Positions 48,904 to 59,414 of a stretch of DNA of 64,000 nt are shown here, piece after piece. The stretch's first letter is position 1, and each line of letters begins with the position of its first letter. The position numbers were made by a program, and so were the translations under genes. Location of the stretch: NCBI GenBank assembly GCA_041855685.1, contig JBHAEQ010000035.1, positions 63,151 through 127,150 on the forward strand. The letters are read 5' to 3'. This stretch comes from Prevotella sp. GTDB taxonomy: Bacteria; Bacteroidota; Bacteroidia; Bacteroidales; Bacteroidaceae. The notes under the pieces were generated by a model. That model was not told the origin of the DNA. It made no database searches and saw only the letters and a program-made list of their open reading frames with translations.

Positions 48904-51177
48904 ATGTATAAAATACACCGTCTATCACTATTAACGCTCTTTGTAGGCTTGAGTATTCTCGCTTCATCTGCGCAGAAGAAATGGACTATTGATGATATTC
49001 TGCGTACAGAACGTATTGTATCTTTGGCAATGTCTCCTGATGGTGGGAGAGTGTTTTATCAGACCGGATTTACGGCAGACGGTTATTACCCGGTAAAACC
49101 TTCCAAGTTTTACACTGTAGATGTAGAGGGAAAGGAGGTTATAGAACTTGATATATCCAATGCACAGACTTCTCCAGTTCCTAATTCCCGGGTGCTTCGT
49201 TGGTCTTCAGATTCAAAGTTTATATCATATTATACTATGTCGGCAGGTGGGCAACGACAATTGTGGAAAATATCTGCAATTGGCGGAGAACCACAACAAG
49301 TGATATGTAATAGTCAGTCTATTTCAGAATATGAATGGTCACCTGACGGTCGCTATATAATTTATACGGTAGATGTACCAGTTTCGCAAGAAGAAATAGA
49401 CTATCGCCGTAAATGGGGAATTGTAATTTCTCCAGAAGAGAAGAAATGGCAGAGAAGAAAAGAAATTTGGATAAAGAAATTATTATCAGGAAATGTGTAT
49501 CAACTTACTGAGCCTGTAGTATTGACAAGAGGTCCAAAATGGTCTTTTGATAGTAATGCTGTTGCCTTCATAAGTGTTGATTCTACAGGAATTTCACAGT
49601 TGTATAAACTTCCTGTTGATAGTATTTGTAAGCCAGAACAGATTAGTCATGCAGTGGATAATGTACGTTTCTTTGCTTGGAATCCGTGTGATAATTCTAT
49701 TGCTTATGTTACATCGGAAACAGAAAAGATGCCTTATGTAAACTATCATGAAAATGCGCCATTTCTTCCTGGCTCTATTTGGCTCTATGGAAGTAATGGG
49801 AAGACAAAGCAAATAACAGAATCTTCTTTCCCCCAACTGAATAGCGTTGAATGGAACCATTCTGGTAATCAACTCGCTTTTATAGCTCAATCACCCGCAA
49901 CAGCAGCGCAAAAAGGTTACAATAGATATTTTCAACTGTATATGTATGTCCTTTCTGTTTCCGATGGAGAATTTAAGAAGATTGCTGATGGAATGGATTT
50001 CTTCAGGGGAGGTGAGAATATGACTTGGTCGGGAGACGATAAAGAAATATGGTTCGTTAATGGTGAAGGTGTTGGCTATAATTTGTTTGCGGCAGAAGTC
50101 GCTACAGGTAAGGTGCGACATGTTACTGTGGGTAAGGAATGTATAAATCTGCCAAGTTTCGATCATGCTTTCACAAGGGTTTCGTATTTACGGCAGAGTG
50201 TCAATCTTAAGCCTGATATTTATGTGTCAAATGTTACTTCTTGGAAACCACGATGCATTACTGATATAAATCCGTGGGTAAAAGATTATGCCAATGAAGA
50301 AGGCGAAATCATAAACTATCGTAATGAGGGTTGGGATATAGAGGCTTTGCTCATTAAACCGCCGGGTTTTGATAAACGTAAGAAATATCCTCTTATTGTT
50401 GTTGTCCATGGTGGTCCTAACTGGCATAAGCTAAATGAGTGGCAACCTGACTGGGAGCAATACCCTCTTAAGGCATATGCAGCTGAAGGATACGTTATGC
50501 TTTTTCCTAATTTTCGTGGTAGTGCAAATTATGGTGTTGACTTTATTAAAACAACGCATTATGATTTAGGCGGTCAAGACTATAGAGATGTTATGTGTGG
50601 GGTAGATTATCTTTTGAAACAAGGATATATTGACGAAAAGAGAATGGGAATTTGTGGTTGGAGTTATGGTGGATTTCTTACACCTGCTATAATCACTCGC
50701 ACCAACCGTTTCAAGGCGGCGCAGTTTGGAGCAGGACTCCCAAGTATAGAAGCTATGTACGGAAGTCTATGGACAGTAGAGCGAATATTGCATAAGGCAT
50801 TTGATGACTATCCTTGGAACAATGGCACAATGCATGTACAATATTCTCCACTCTATCATGCTCATAAAGTCAAGACATCTACCCTTATACAACATGGTGA
50901 TAAAGACCCGCGATGTCCTTTAGGAGGCGCAGTATTATTCTACAAAGCTCTTAAATCCTATGGAGTGCCAACTGTCTTGGAGATATATCCCGGCATGGGG
51001 CATAGTATTACTGAACCGTTATTGTATAAAAGAATTTTGACAAAAAATCTCGAATGGTTTAATAAATGGCTTAAGGATGACCGCTCTACATCTTTCGAAA
51101 CATCTTATCCTTATATACAATATCAGTCATGTAAAGATGAGAAAGCAAGTGATAGTATAACGAAATGCAAACATTAA
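48904..51177 (+). CDS. S9 family peptidase (prolyl oligopeptidase/acylpeptide hydrolase-like)
   Basis: Beta-propeller WSxD repeats, VHGGP, GWSYGG nucleophile, HGDKD and GMGH triad. Confidence 0.92.
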   Translation: MYKIHRLSLLTLFVGLSILASSAQKKWTIDDILRTERIVSLAMSPDGGRVFYQTGFTADGYYPVKPSKFYTVDVEGKEVIELDISNAQTSPVPNSRVLRWSSDSKFISYYTMSAGGQRQLWKISAIGGEPQQVICNSQSISEYEWSPDGRYIIYTVDVPVSQEEIDYRRKWGIVISPEEKKWQRRKEIWIKKLLSGNVYQLTEPVVLTRGPKWSFDSNAVAFISVDSTGISQLYKLPVDSICKPEQISHAVDNVRFFAWNPCDNSIAYVTSETEKMPYVNYHENAPFLPGSIWLYGSNGKTKQITESSFPQLNSVEWNHSGNQLAFIAQSPATAAQKGYNRYFQLYMYVLSVSDGEFKKIADGMDFFRGGENMTWSGDDKEIWFVNGEGVGYNLFAAEVATGKVRHVTVGKECINLPSFDHAFTRVSYLRQSVNLKPDIYVSNVTSWKPRCITDINPWVKDYANEEGEIINYRNEGWDIEALLIKPPGFDKRKKYPLIVVVHGGPNWHKLNEWQPDWEQYPLKAYAAEGYVMLFPNFRGSANYGVDFIKTTHYDLGGQDYRDVMCGVDYLLKQGYIDEKRMGICGWSYGGFLTPAIITRTNRFKAAQFGAGLPSIEAMYGSLWTVERILHKAFDDYPWNNGTMHVQYSPLYHAHKVKTSTLIQHGDKDPRCPLGGAVLFYKALKSYGVPTVLEIYPGMGHSITEPLLYKRILTKNLEWFNKWLKDDRSTSFETSYPYIQYQSCKDEKASDSITKCKH

Positions 51178-51183
51178 AATAAT

Positions 51184-53454
51184 ATGAAATATAGAAACTA
51201 TCTTTTAATACTTGTGTTAAATATATGTATGTCGTCTCATGCAGTAAATGCTGATGAACGATTAATAACTCTGAATACCAATAGTCTTTCAATGGTGTTG
51301 GAAGTAGATAAAGGTGGTACACTTCTGCATCGTTATTTCGGACAGCGTCTCACCGATTCTTCTCCTTTTATATCAAAGGTATTGTATCGTACATCTGAGT
51401 ATGGAACAAAGAATGAAGCTTACTCCACAATGGGAGGAAAGAACTTTAGAGAACCAGCTTTACGAGTTACACATTATGACGGAGACTTGAACACGGAGTT
51501 GGTGTTTATAAAAACAGAGAGAAACTTTGATTATGCTAAAGGTGTAGAACATCTTGTTGTCTGTCTCAAGGATAAAAAGTATCCTTTTGAAGTGAATCTT
51601 CATTATAATGCTTACAAAGAGGAAAATGTTTTCACCATGCACACTGAATTTATCAATAATGAACGTGGTGATGTGGTGTTGCATAATTATTATTCTTTCT
51701 ATCTTCCAATTGATGCACATAAATACTACCTTACGCATTTCTACGGTACAGCCACTACAGAGATGTCTATGGAAGAAACCTTGCTTTCCCATGGAGTTAA
51801 GAGTATTGAAACAAGGAAGGGCATTAGGTCAACTCATAGTGAAAATCCTTCATTCCTATTATCGCTCAATGCTCCATTGCAAGAAAATGAAGGTGAGGTC
51901 ATAGCAGGTGCTTTGGCATGGAGTAACAACTTCAAGTTAAACTTTGAATTGGATGAATTTAATACATTGAATATATGTTCAGGCATCAATCCTTATGCTT
52001 CAGAATACAGCGTGGCTAAAGGAAAGAGATTTGTCACTCCTACTATGGTTTATACTTATAGTAATAATGGTGCGGGAGATATAAGCCGACGTATGCATGA
52101 CTGGGCAAGAAAAGACGGGCTTTATGCTTCTAAAGAAGTGCGTCCTGTAGTGCTTAACAGCTGGGAGGGAGTTTATTTCGACTTTACAGAGAGCCGGTTA
52201 AAGGAAATGATAGACGGTGCTGCTTCACTTGGTATAGAGTTGTTTGTATTAGATGATGGTTGGTTTGGTAATAACTATCCTCGTAACAGTGCCAAAATGG
52301 GATTAGGCGACTGGCAGGTTAATAAGAAGAAACTGCCGAACGGTATTGATGCCTTGGCAAAATATGCTGTTAGTAAAGGAGTCAAATTTGGTATATGGAT
52401 AGAACCTGAAATGGTGAGTCCTCAAAGCGACTTGGCAAAAAAGCATCCCGAGTGGATAGTTAAAACTTCCGGACGCGATATTCCCAAGCGTCGTGAGCAA
52501 TGGGTACTTGACTTGGGTAATCCTAAGGTGCAGGATTTTGTATTTCAGGTGTTTGATTCTGTATTGAGTCTTTCTAAGGATATATCATACATAAAGTGGG
52601 ATGCCAACCGCCATATAGAATCTGTTGGTTCTTCATGGCTGCCTTCTGACAAGCAGACACATTTTTGGGTTGATTATACACATGGTCTTTATAGTGTATA
52701 TGAACGTATAAGAAAGAAATACCCCGAGGTTATTATTCAGGTGTGTTCTTCGGGCGGAGGAAGAGTAGAATTTGGTTCTTTGAAGTATCATCAGGACTTC
52801 TGGACAAGCGATAATACTGATGCTTTTAGCCGTGCATTCATACAATACGGCACCAATTTTATTTATCCTGCTATAGCCACAGGTGCTCATTTCTCACATG
52901 TCCCTAATCGTCACACAAAGAGAATTATACCAACTAAGTTTCGTATGGACATGGCAATGGCTGGACGTTTGGGCTTTGAAATGAAGCTTACCGACCTGAC
53001 AGGTGAAGAGGCGGAGACGTTGAAAGATGCTATAAAGGAATATAAAGACATACGAGATATTATCCAATTTGGAGATTTATATAGAATTTCCTCGCCTTAC
53101 GATGATTCCGGACTATATTCATTGATGTATGTAAGTAAGGATAAAAAGAGGGCTGTTTTTTACGCTTACTCTTTGAAATATCGTGGTTACTTGGCTACAA
53201 CAAATTTCAAATTAAATGGTCTGCTTGCCGACAGAAACTATTCTATAAAGGAACTTAATAATGCAAAGCCTTCGTTCTGGGCTGACGGTAAGAGTGTTAA
53301 TGGTGATTTCCTTATGAAAGCGGGATTGAATCCTAATCTCCAGAATATATATCAAAGTATGGTTTTATACATGGAGGCAACTGATGAAAATGTGGTTCCT
53401 GTTGTTGATGACAAGAACGACTCGAATGCCTTAGAGTCTGCCGAAAGTTTCTAA
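51184..53454 (+). CDS. GH36 alpha-galactosidase
   Basis: LNSWEG, FVLDDGWFG, YIKWDANR, CSSGGGR and WTSDNTDA. Confidence 0.93.
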   Translation: MKYRNYLLILVLNICMSSHAVNADERLITLNTNSLSMVLEVDKGGTLLHRYFGQRLTDSSPFISKVLYRTSEYGTKNEAYSTMGGKNFREPALRVTHYDGDLNTELVFIKTERNFDYAKGVEHLVVCLKDKKYPFEVNLHYNAYKEENVFTMHTEFINNERGDVVLHNYYSFYLPIDAHKYYLTHFYGTATTEMSMEETLLSHGVKSIETRKGIRSTHSENPSFLLSLNAPLQENEGEVIAGALAWSNNFKLNFELDEFNTLNICSGINPYASEYSVAKGKRFVTPTMVYTYSNNGAGDISRRMHDWARKDGLYASKEVRPVVLNSWEGVYFDFTESRLKEMIDGAASLGIELFVLDDGWFGNNYPRNSAKMGLGDWQVNKKKLPNGIDALAKYAVSKGVKFGIWIEPEMVSPQSDLAKKHPEWIVKTSGRDIPKRREQWVLDLGNPKVQDFVFQVFDSVLSLSKDISYIKWDANRHIESVGSSWLPSDKQTHFWVDYTHGLYSVYERIRKKYPEVIIQVCSSGGGRVEFGSLKYHQDFWTSDNTDAFSRAFIQYGTNFIYPAIATGAHFSHVPNRHTKRIIPTKFRMDMAMAGRLGFEMKLTDLTGEEAETLKDAIKEYKDIRDIIQFGDLYRISSPYDDSGLYSLMYVSKDKKRAVFYAYSLKYRGYLATTNFKLNGLLADRNYSIKELNNAKPSFWADGKSVNGDFLMKAGLNPNLQNIYQSMVLYMEATDENVVPVVDDKNDSNALESAESF

Positions 53455-53468
53455 TATATAATTTGAAA

Positions 53469-54734
53469 ATGATGGTAAAACAAGCAGATATAAAAAACAA
53501 TATACCCGAACATTTAATTCCTTGCAAGCAGAATGATGTGTTATTATTGCGATGTGCCCCGATTTCGGTTGTACGCATAGCCTTCATCGGACTTGGTCGT
53601 CGTGGAAAGCAGTCATTAAACAACTATGTGCATTTAGAAGGCGTGGAAATAAAAGCAGTATGCGACCTTAAGGAAGAAAATCTTTCTGAAGCACGCCGTA
53701 TATTGGAGAAGTACAATAAGAACCGTGCAGACGAATATACAGCTGCTGATGCATGGAAAAAGCTATGCGAACGGTCAGATATAGACTTGGTTTATGTATG
53801 TACAAGCATCAATCTTCATGCCGAGATTGCTGTTTATGCAATGGAAAACGGTAAGCATGTGGCAACAGAAGTGCCCATAGCAAATACAATTGCTGACTGT
53901 TGGAAAATAGTGAATGCCGCAGAAAAACATCGTCGTCATTGCATAATGCTGGAGAACTGCTGTTACGGGCGTTTTGAACTCGCAGCCCTTAACATGTGTT
54001 CTAAAGGACTCTTTGGTGATATAATTCATGCAGAAGGCGGTTATATTCATGATTTGAGAAACATGGATTTTGACAACCGCCCTGATTATACCGCTCGTTG
54101 GCAGACCTTTGGTAATCCTTATCCTACACACGGGCTTGGACCTGTCTGTCAGGCGTTGAATATTCACAGGGGCGACAGGCTGTCGTGGTTAGTCTCTGTT
54201 TCAAACAGGCAGTTTTGTTTTCCGCAGGTTTCAGACGGAAAGATTGATGACGAGTGTACGCTCGGTAATATAAACACCACCATTATAAAGACTGCAAAAG
54301 AGAAAACTATAGTTCTTCAACATGACATCTCCAGTCCCCGCCCTTATTCCCGCAACTATATGTTGAGTGGAACAAAAGGTTTTATTCAAAAAGAGGCACA
54401 ACCTGTAATGAAGTTTGAAAACGCAGGTTCTGATGAAGAGAATACAGTAGTAAGTCTGCTGGAGAAATATGAGCACCCTTTCTATAAAGCCAAAGGTGAA
54501 CAGGCAGTGGCTATTGACACTCATGAGGGCATGGACTTTATAATGGATTACCGCTTGATTTACTGTCTTCAGAATGGGCTGCCGCTTGATATGGATGTAT
54601 ATGATGCTGTCGAATGGTCGAGTATTGTAGAATTGACAGCTCAATCCATAAGGTCAGGCAATATTCCTGTTGCCATTCCCGATTTCACCCGAGGTGCATG
54701 GAATAAACTCTCAGGGTTGAGCTTTGCCGAGTGA
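53469..54734 (+). CDS. Second GH109-like Gfo/Idh/MocA enzyme, no export signal
   Basis: FIGLGRRG, MLENCCY, YPTHGLGP, HEGMDFIMDYR and DVYDAVEWS; hydrophilic N-terminus (starts TTG 53463 or ATG 53469). Confidence 0.85.
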   Translation: MMVKQADIKNNIPEHLIPCKQNDVLLLRCAPISVVRIAFIGLGRRGKQSLNNYVHLEGVEIKAVCDLKEENLSEARRILEKYNKNRADEYTAADAWKKLCERSDIDLVYVCTSINLHAEIAVYAMENGKHVATEVPIANTIADCWKIVNAAEKHRRHCIMLENCCYGRFELAALNMCSKGLFGDIIHAEGGYIHDLRNMDFDNRPDYTARWQTFGNPYPTHGLGPVCQALNIHRGDRLSWLVSVSNRQFCFPQVSDGKIDDECTLGNINTTIIKTAKEKTIVLQHDISSPRPYSRNYMLSGTKGFIQKEAQPVMKFENAGSDEENTVVSLLEKYEHPFYKAKGEQAVAIDTHEGMDFIMDYRLIYCLQNGLPLDMDVYDAVEWSSIVELTAQSIRSGNIPVAIPDFTRGAWNKLSGLSFAE

Positions 54735-54799
54735 TTGGTTCAGCATTTTATATGGTTATATAAAGCAATTTAATTATTAACTTTCAAAATACAAACATC

Positions 54800-54997
54800 A
54801 TGACAACTTTATTATTTATTGGCGGTATAGGTATGCAGGAAGTATTACTTATAACACTTGTCATTTTACTGCTTTTTGGCGGCAAGAAAATTCCTGAACT
54901 CATGAAAGGCATAGGCAAAGGCGTGCGCTCTTTCAAGGATGGACTGAAAGAAGTTGAGAAAGACATGGATATGACTGACAACGAAAAGGAAGCTTAA
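54800..54997 (+). CDS. tatA: Twin-arginine translocase TatA
   Basis: ILLLFGGKKIPELMKGIGKGVRSFK. Confidence 0.96.
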   Translation: MTTLLFIGGIGMQEVLLITLVILLLFGGKKIPELMKGIGKGVRSFKDGLKEVEKDMDMTDNEKEA

Positions 54998-55000
54998 GTT

Positions 55001-55798
55001 ATGAATGGCGAGGGACAAACCTTTTGGGAGCATCTTGATGTTCTACGTTCAATGCTGATAAGAATAGCTGTATTGACCGTGTTGCTTGCAGTAGCGGCAT
55101 TTTTCTTCAAGGAAGAGATGTTTTCCATAATCCTTACTCCCAAGGAATCAGAGTTTGTTACTTACAGACTACTGGCGAAGATTGGCATATTCAGCTCTCC
55201 TGATAATATGCCCGCCGGCTTTAGTGTCAGCCTTATAAACACTGGACTGGCACAACAGTTTATCATGCACATGCAGGCGGCAGTAAGTTTCGGATTCCTT
55301 TGTGCCTCGCCTTACATTCTCTATCAGCTGTTTCGTTTTGTCTCTCCAGCCCTTTATGCAGAAGAGCGCCGCTATGCCTTTCTTCTGGTAGGCAGCAGCT
55401 ATATAATGTTTATTCTCGGAGTAATGATAAGTTATTTCCTGATATTCCCTTTCACATTCCGCTTCTTAGGAACTTATCAGGTGAGTAGTGATATTGAGAA
55501 TATGATTTCCATAACATCCTATATGAACACATTCCTCTTTATGTGTCTTGCAATGGGAGTCATATTCGAAATGCCTGTTCTGACATGGTTGTTTGCAAAG
55601 TTCGGTTTTATAACATCAGACTTTATGAAAAACTACCGTAAACATGCTTATGTTGTGATTCTTATTCTTGCGGCAGTTATAACTCCTACATCAGACGTTG
55701 TAACGCTTATGCTTGTTTCACTACCGATGATTTTACTTTATGAATTGAGTATCGTTATTGCAGGAGCCGTTCAAAATAATTCATTAACTCCACCTTAG
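55001..55798 (+). CDS. tatC: Twin-arginine translocase TatC
   Basis: FWEHLDVLR, FVSPALY, FEMPV, AAVITP and LYELSI. Confidence 0.96.
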   Translation: MNGEGQTFWEHLDVLRSMLIRIAVLTVLLAVAAFFFKEEMFSIILTPKESEFVTYRLLAKIGIFSSPDNMPAGFSVSLINTGLAQQFIMHMQAAVSFGFLCASPYILYQLFRFVSPALYAEERRYAFLLVGSSYIMFILGVMISYFLIFPFTFRFLGTYQVSSDIENMISITSYMNTFLFMCLAMGVIFEMPVLTWLFAKFGFITSDFMKNYRKHAYVVILILAAVITPTSDVVTLMLVSLPMILLYELSIVIAGAVQNNSLTPP

Positions 55799-55813
55799 GT
55801 TATCACAGCCTTT

Positions 55814-56068
55814 GTGCTAAGTGCATTTCGTTACCACCAGTGCCACAACTATGGCACCACCAGTACCGTAACTATTTCCATTACCGGTTACGACACAACT
55901 CTTAACTGTGAGTACTCAGTTTATACCGCAGGAGGTGCGCATGCGGCATCAGGACGGCTTTCAAATCAAAATACAAAGATAGATTTGACAGATTATCCCA
56001 ATGGGGTGTATGTCCTTAAGATAAGACTTGGTGAAAAATCAACGTCGTGGAAACTCATCAAACGCTAA
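55814..56068 (+). pseudogene. 5'-truncated T9SS type-A sorting-domain gene fragment
   Basis: C-terminus IDLTDYPNGVYVLKIRLGEKSTSWKLIKR; no signal peptide or intact YPNP motif. Confidence 0.65.
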
Positions 56069-56086
56069 CCTGATTTTATAAAGCTT

Positions 56087-58329
56087 ATGATACCTATTTT
56101 AAATAAACGAGTAAATGCCGTATGCTTAACTCTTTATTTGTTTGTGCTGATAACGTATATCCGGATACACCCCTCATAACCACAACCAAGACAGTTGATG
56201 CATCAGTCGCTCTTGTTAAAACAGAAGACGCAGGAGGCCAGACAACCTATGAACTCCGTCCCAACGGTCAGCCTTCAAGTGTAATGGCACAGGGAGGCGT
56301 ATTGACAACATTCGGGTATGACGAGTTCGGACGCAGGACATCCATAGACGACCCGAGTGCAGGAATAAGGACATATACCGACAATTACAATCCTGACGGG
56401 ACAAGAATCCAGATGGAGACCGATGCGGCAGGAAATACAATTACTACGACAGGCGACATCTACGGCAGGGTGATACGTGTAGAACGTCCTGAGTTTAATA
56501 CAGATTACAGCTATGACCCTGACGGACGTCTGATCTCTGAAATCTCAACGAATGGTGTCAGGCAAATGTATTTCTATGATGAGTTTGACAGATTGCAAGG
56601 CGAGGAGAAGAATGTGGACGATCTGTCGTTTGCGAAGAGTTATACTTATGCCGACAGACTGCTGAAGCGCAAGGACATAGTCACCTATTCATATATGTTC
56701 TCTCCAAGCATGTTCAGTGAGGAATACATATATCAGAACGGTAATATAACACAAATGCCCAATGGTGGCACATTGTCATACGATGATGAAGACAGACCTT
56801 ATCAGGTAACCAGTCTCACACCTCTTGCTGCGTCACCTCCTGCTTCCGACCAGACGGTCAGCTATACGTCCTTCCTGCGTCCTTCTACAATAGCACAGGA
56901 CGGATTGGAATGCAGTTTTGATTATGATGCCGGAGGTGCCAGGGTTAAAATGTCGTTTAGCCTTACAGATTCTGATAGAGGTGACAACATTACATATTAT
57001 TTAGACGAATACGAGTATCACGGTTCTTCTGGCAGGCGCATACTCTATTTGGGAGGCGACGCCTATTCAGCGCCTGCTGTATTGGTAAGAACCTCGATGT
57101 CAACGGGCTGGAGTCTCTATTATATCTGCCGTGATTATCTTGGCAGTATCACCCACGTTGCATACAGCAGTGGTGAATTGAAACAGGAGCTGAGCTATGA
57201 TGCCTGAGGACGCCTGCGTAATCCTGACACCCATGAGATATATGCGCAGGGCGAAGAGCCGGAGTTGTTCCTTAACCGTGGCTATACCGGTCATGAGCAT
57301 TTGCAGCAGTTCGGGCTGATAAACATGAACGCCCGCCTTTACGACCCTGGCCTCGGCAGATTCCTATCTCCCGACCCATACGTACAGATGCCCGACTTCT
57401 CGCAGAGCTTTAACCGCTACTCATACTGCATGAACAACCCACTGAAGTATGTGGATAAGAATGGGGAGTTTCCGTTTCTCATTGCTGGTGGTATTATTAT
57501 TGGTGCTTATTTAGGTGGTACTATGGCTAATAAAGGAGAATTAAATCCTTTAAGCTGGAACTGGAAAGATGCTACTACCTATCTGGGAATCGGTTTTGGC
57601 GCAATTATGGGATATACTGCTTCTTACGGTTTTTAAAATCCAGGAACTATAGGTTATACTTTTGGAATAAACAACTCATGGGGTGCCGCTACATTAACTG
57701 TAGGAGGTACAGGTTTTGGAAGTGAATGGCGCTTTAGTTGGACAACAGTTGCAGATGGTGGCGGTCAAATTACAAATAAAGATTTTTCCAGTAGTACAAT
57801 TAATAGAAAAATAGACCGTTCTATCTCTGATGTAAGAGAGGAATGGGATAATAGTGCATTTGTGTATTCTAATATAGCGGCATCAACTCTTGCATTAAAC
57901 GATGCTACAGTTATAGGTATAGCAGATAATTTTCTTATTCCTATAATTTATGCGACTGCATCAACATATTGGCTTTATTCCAACCAAGAATTAATAGGAA
58001 AAAGAACAAGAGAAATAGCTCATTTAGTACAAAGTAATCTTACGTTGAAGCAAGGATTTACTTATGAACTGCGTCCAAAAACTTCTGGATATTATAGAAA
58101 TGTACACGGTGGAAGTGTTTACTTAACTCCAGATGACATTTGGAAGGATGGAGAAACAACACGAGGTTTGAATAGATATAATAATAACTCTTATGAAAAT
58201 ACATACATGATTATGTACCCTATATATTATGGAAATCAAATGGAAATTAAAATCAAGGAAAAAATTATGATTTATGGATATTATTTTAAGCATAATCATC
58301 TACCACCAGGAAATAAAATATTTAGATAA
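56087..58329 (+). pseudogene. Decayed Rhs polymorphic toxin with URI (GIY-YIG-like) nuclease-type C-terminus
   Basis: YD repeats, RGYTGHEHL, NARLYDPGLGRFLSPDP, NNPLKYVDKNG; ORFs 56122, 57265 and 57862 share one frame broken by TGA 57205 (SYDA*GR) and TAA 57634; signal-like start at 56087 is out of frame. Confidence 0.88.
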
Positions 58330-58354
58330 TAATTACAAATTTAACAAATAAATT

Positions 58355-58807
58355 ATGAAATTCGTTTTAAATTTTGTCCTATCGGGAGAATTTCATGCGA
58401 CATCTAAAAATTATGAGATTACAGACTTGGACAATAAATTAGAAGTTTATTTTAGAAGAAGGAATTATGGTGATGTAATTAAAAAGTACGTCATCACAAT
58501 TATGTGTGTACATCCCAAATATGACGATTTCTTCAAGGAAATGAGACCCAAATATACAGAAGACAAATGGATTAAATGTGTAGCTCCTTATGAGCCTGCT
58601 CGCATATATAGGCTATTAGACTTTTCACTAAAACTGGATTTTGAAACGTTTATAAATAGCAATACAGAAGAGGGATTGAAGATAATCGCTGCAGCGATTA
58701 TAGATAAGGTAAGCACTATGAAATATCCTGCAAAGACGAAAGGTTTTGACAAAGAACTATTCTTTGAAGACTTGAAACGATTTTTCAAACGACAGAAGTT
58801 GATTTAG
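58355..58807 (+). CDS. Probable cognate immunity protein (Imm44/Imm12-like)
   Basis: Intact 150-aa ORF 25 nt after the toxin stop; NYG...MCV.P..DDFFKE.RPKY...LDFETF...FDKELFFEDL pattern resembles immunity proteins of URI toxins. Confidence 0.7.
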   Translation: MKFVLNFVLSGEFHATSKNYEITDLDNKLEVYFRRRNYGDVIKKYVITIMCVHPKYDDFFKEMRPKYTEDKWIKCVAPYEPARIYRLLDFSLKLDFETFINSNTEEGLKIIAAAIIDKVSTMKYPAKTKGFDKELFFEDLKRFFKRQKLI

Positions 58808-58842
58808 TCTTAGTATTATTTTACAATTAAAATAATAGAGTT

Positions 58843-59314
58843 ATAAAACATTATCAGTTTATATTTGTCCTATTGGCGCTATGCGTCATTATAAGCTGCA
58901 GGCATATTGAAGATGAAAACCATCATTATACAATAACTTTCTATAACAAATCCGACAAAGAAGTGTACATATCTGAATCTGCAGAATATCCTGATACTAT
59001 TAATGTGGTAAACTATCATGTTTTAGGTCTGCCTGAGATATACAAAGTACTTCCTCAAGGTATTAATAAGACAGCTTGCAAAAAGCAGAGGAACTTATGA
59101 GACATTCTTTAAATATAGGAATGATACACTTATGATTTATGTATTTGATGCAGAGGTGTTAGAGAGAAATCAGAGGTATAATTATGATGCAGTTTTACAA
59201 AGATTAGATGTAAGTTTGAGGGATTTACAACATTGTAATTGGACAATAAGTTATCCGCCAACAGAAGCAATGAGGGACATAAAGATGTATCCACCATATG
59301 ATAGTTATAGATAA
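58843..59314 (+). pseudogene. Frameshifted lipoprotein gene
   Basis: (ATA)KHYQFIFVLLALCVIISCR lipoprotein signal; frame change near 59075-59085 joins it to SRGTYETFFKYRNDTLMIYVFDAEVLE...YPPTEAMRDIKMYPPY. Confidence 0.7.
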
Positions 59315-59376
59315 TAATTCTTAATCTTAACCCCAAATCTCATTAACCTAATTTAGATTAAAACGATTGCCAATTC

Positions 59377-59414
59377 CCGCTGAACATTCAACATATTGCT
59401 TGATTGTTCAGCGG
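59377..59414 (+). terminator. Hairpin after the Rhs/immunity cluster
   Basis: CCGCTGAACA...TGTTCAGCGG stem followed by TTT. Confidence 0.7.

Noticed and set aside
54778-54785. Separate housekeeping promoter for tatA (TAACTTTC)
   Set aside because: One mismatch at the conserved G and only 14 nt from the ATG; neither accepted nor excluded.
57205-57207. Programmed read-through or selenocysteine at the Rhs TGA
   Set aside because: The position corresponds to a conserved Trp (YDAWG), and a second stop plus a deletion show general decay; other genes end normally at TGA.
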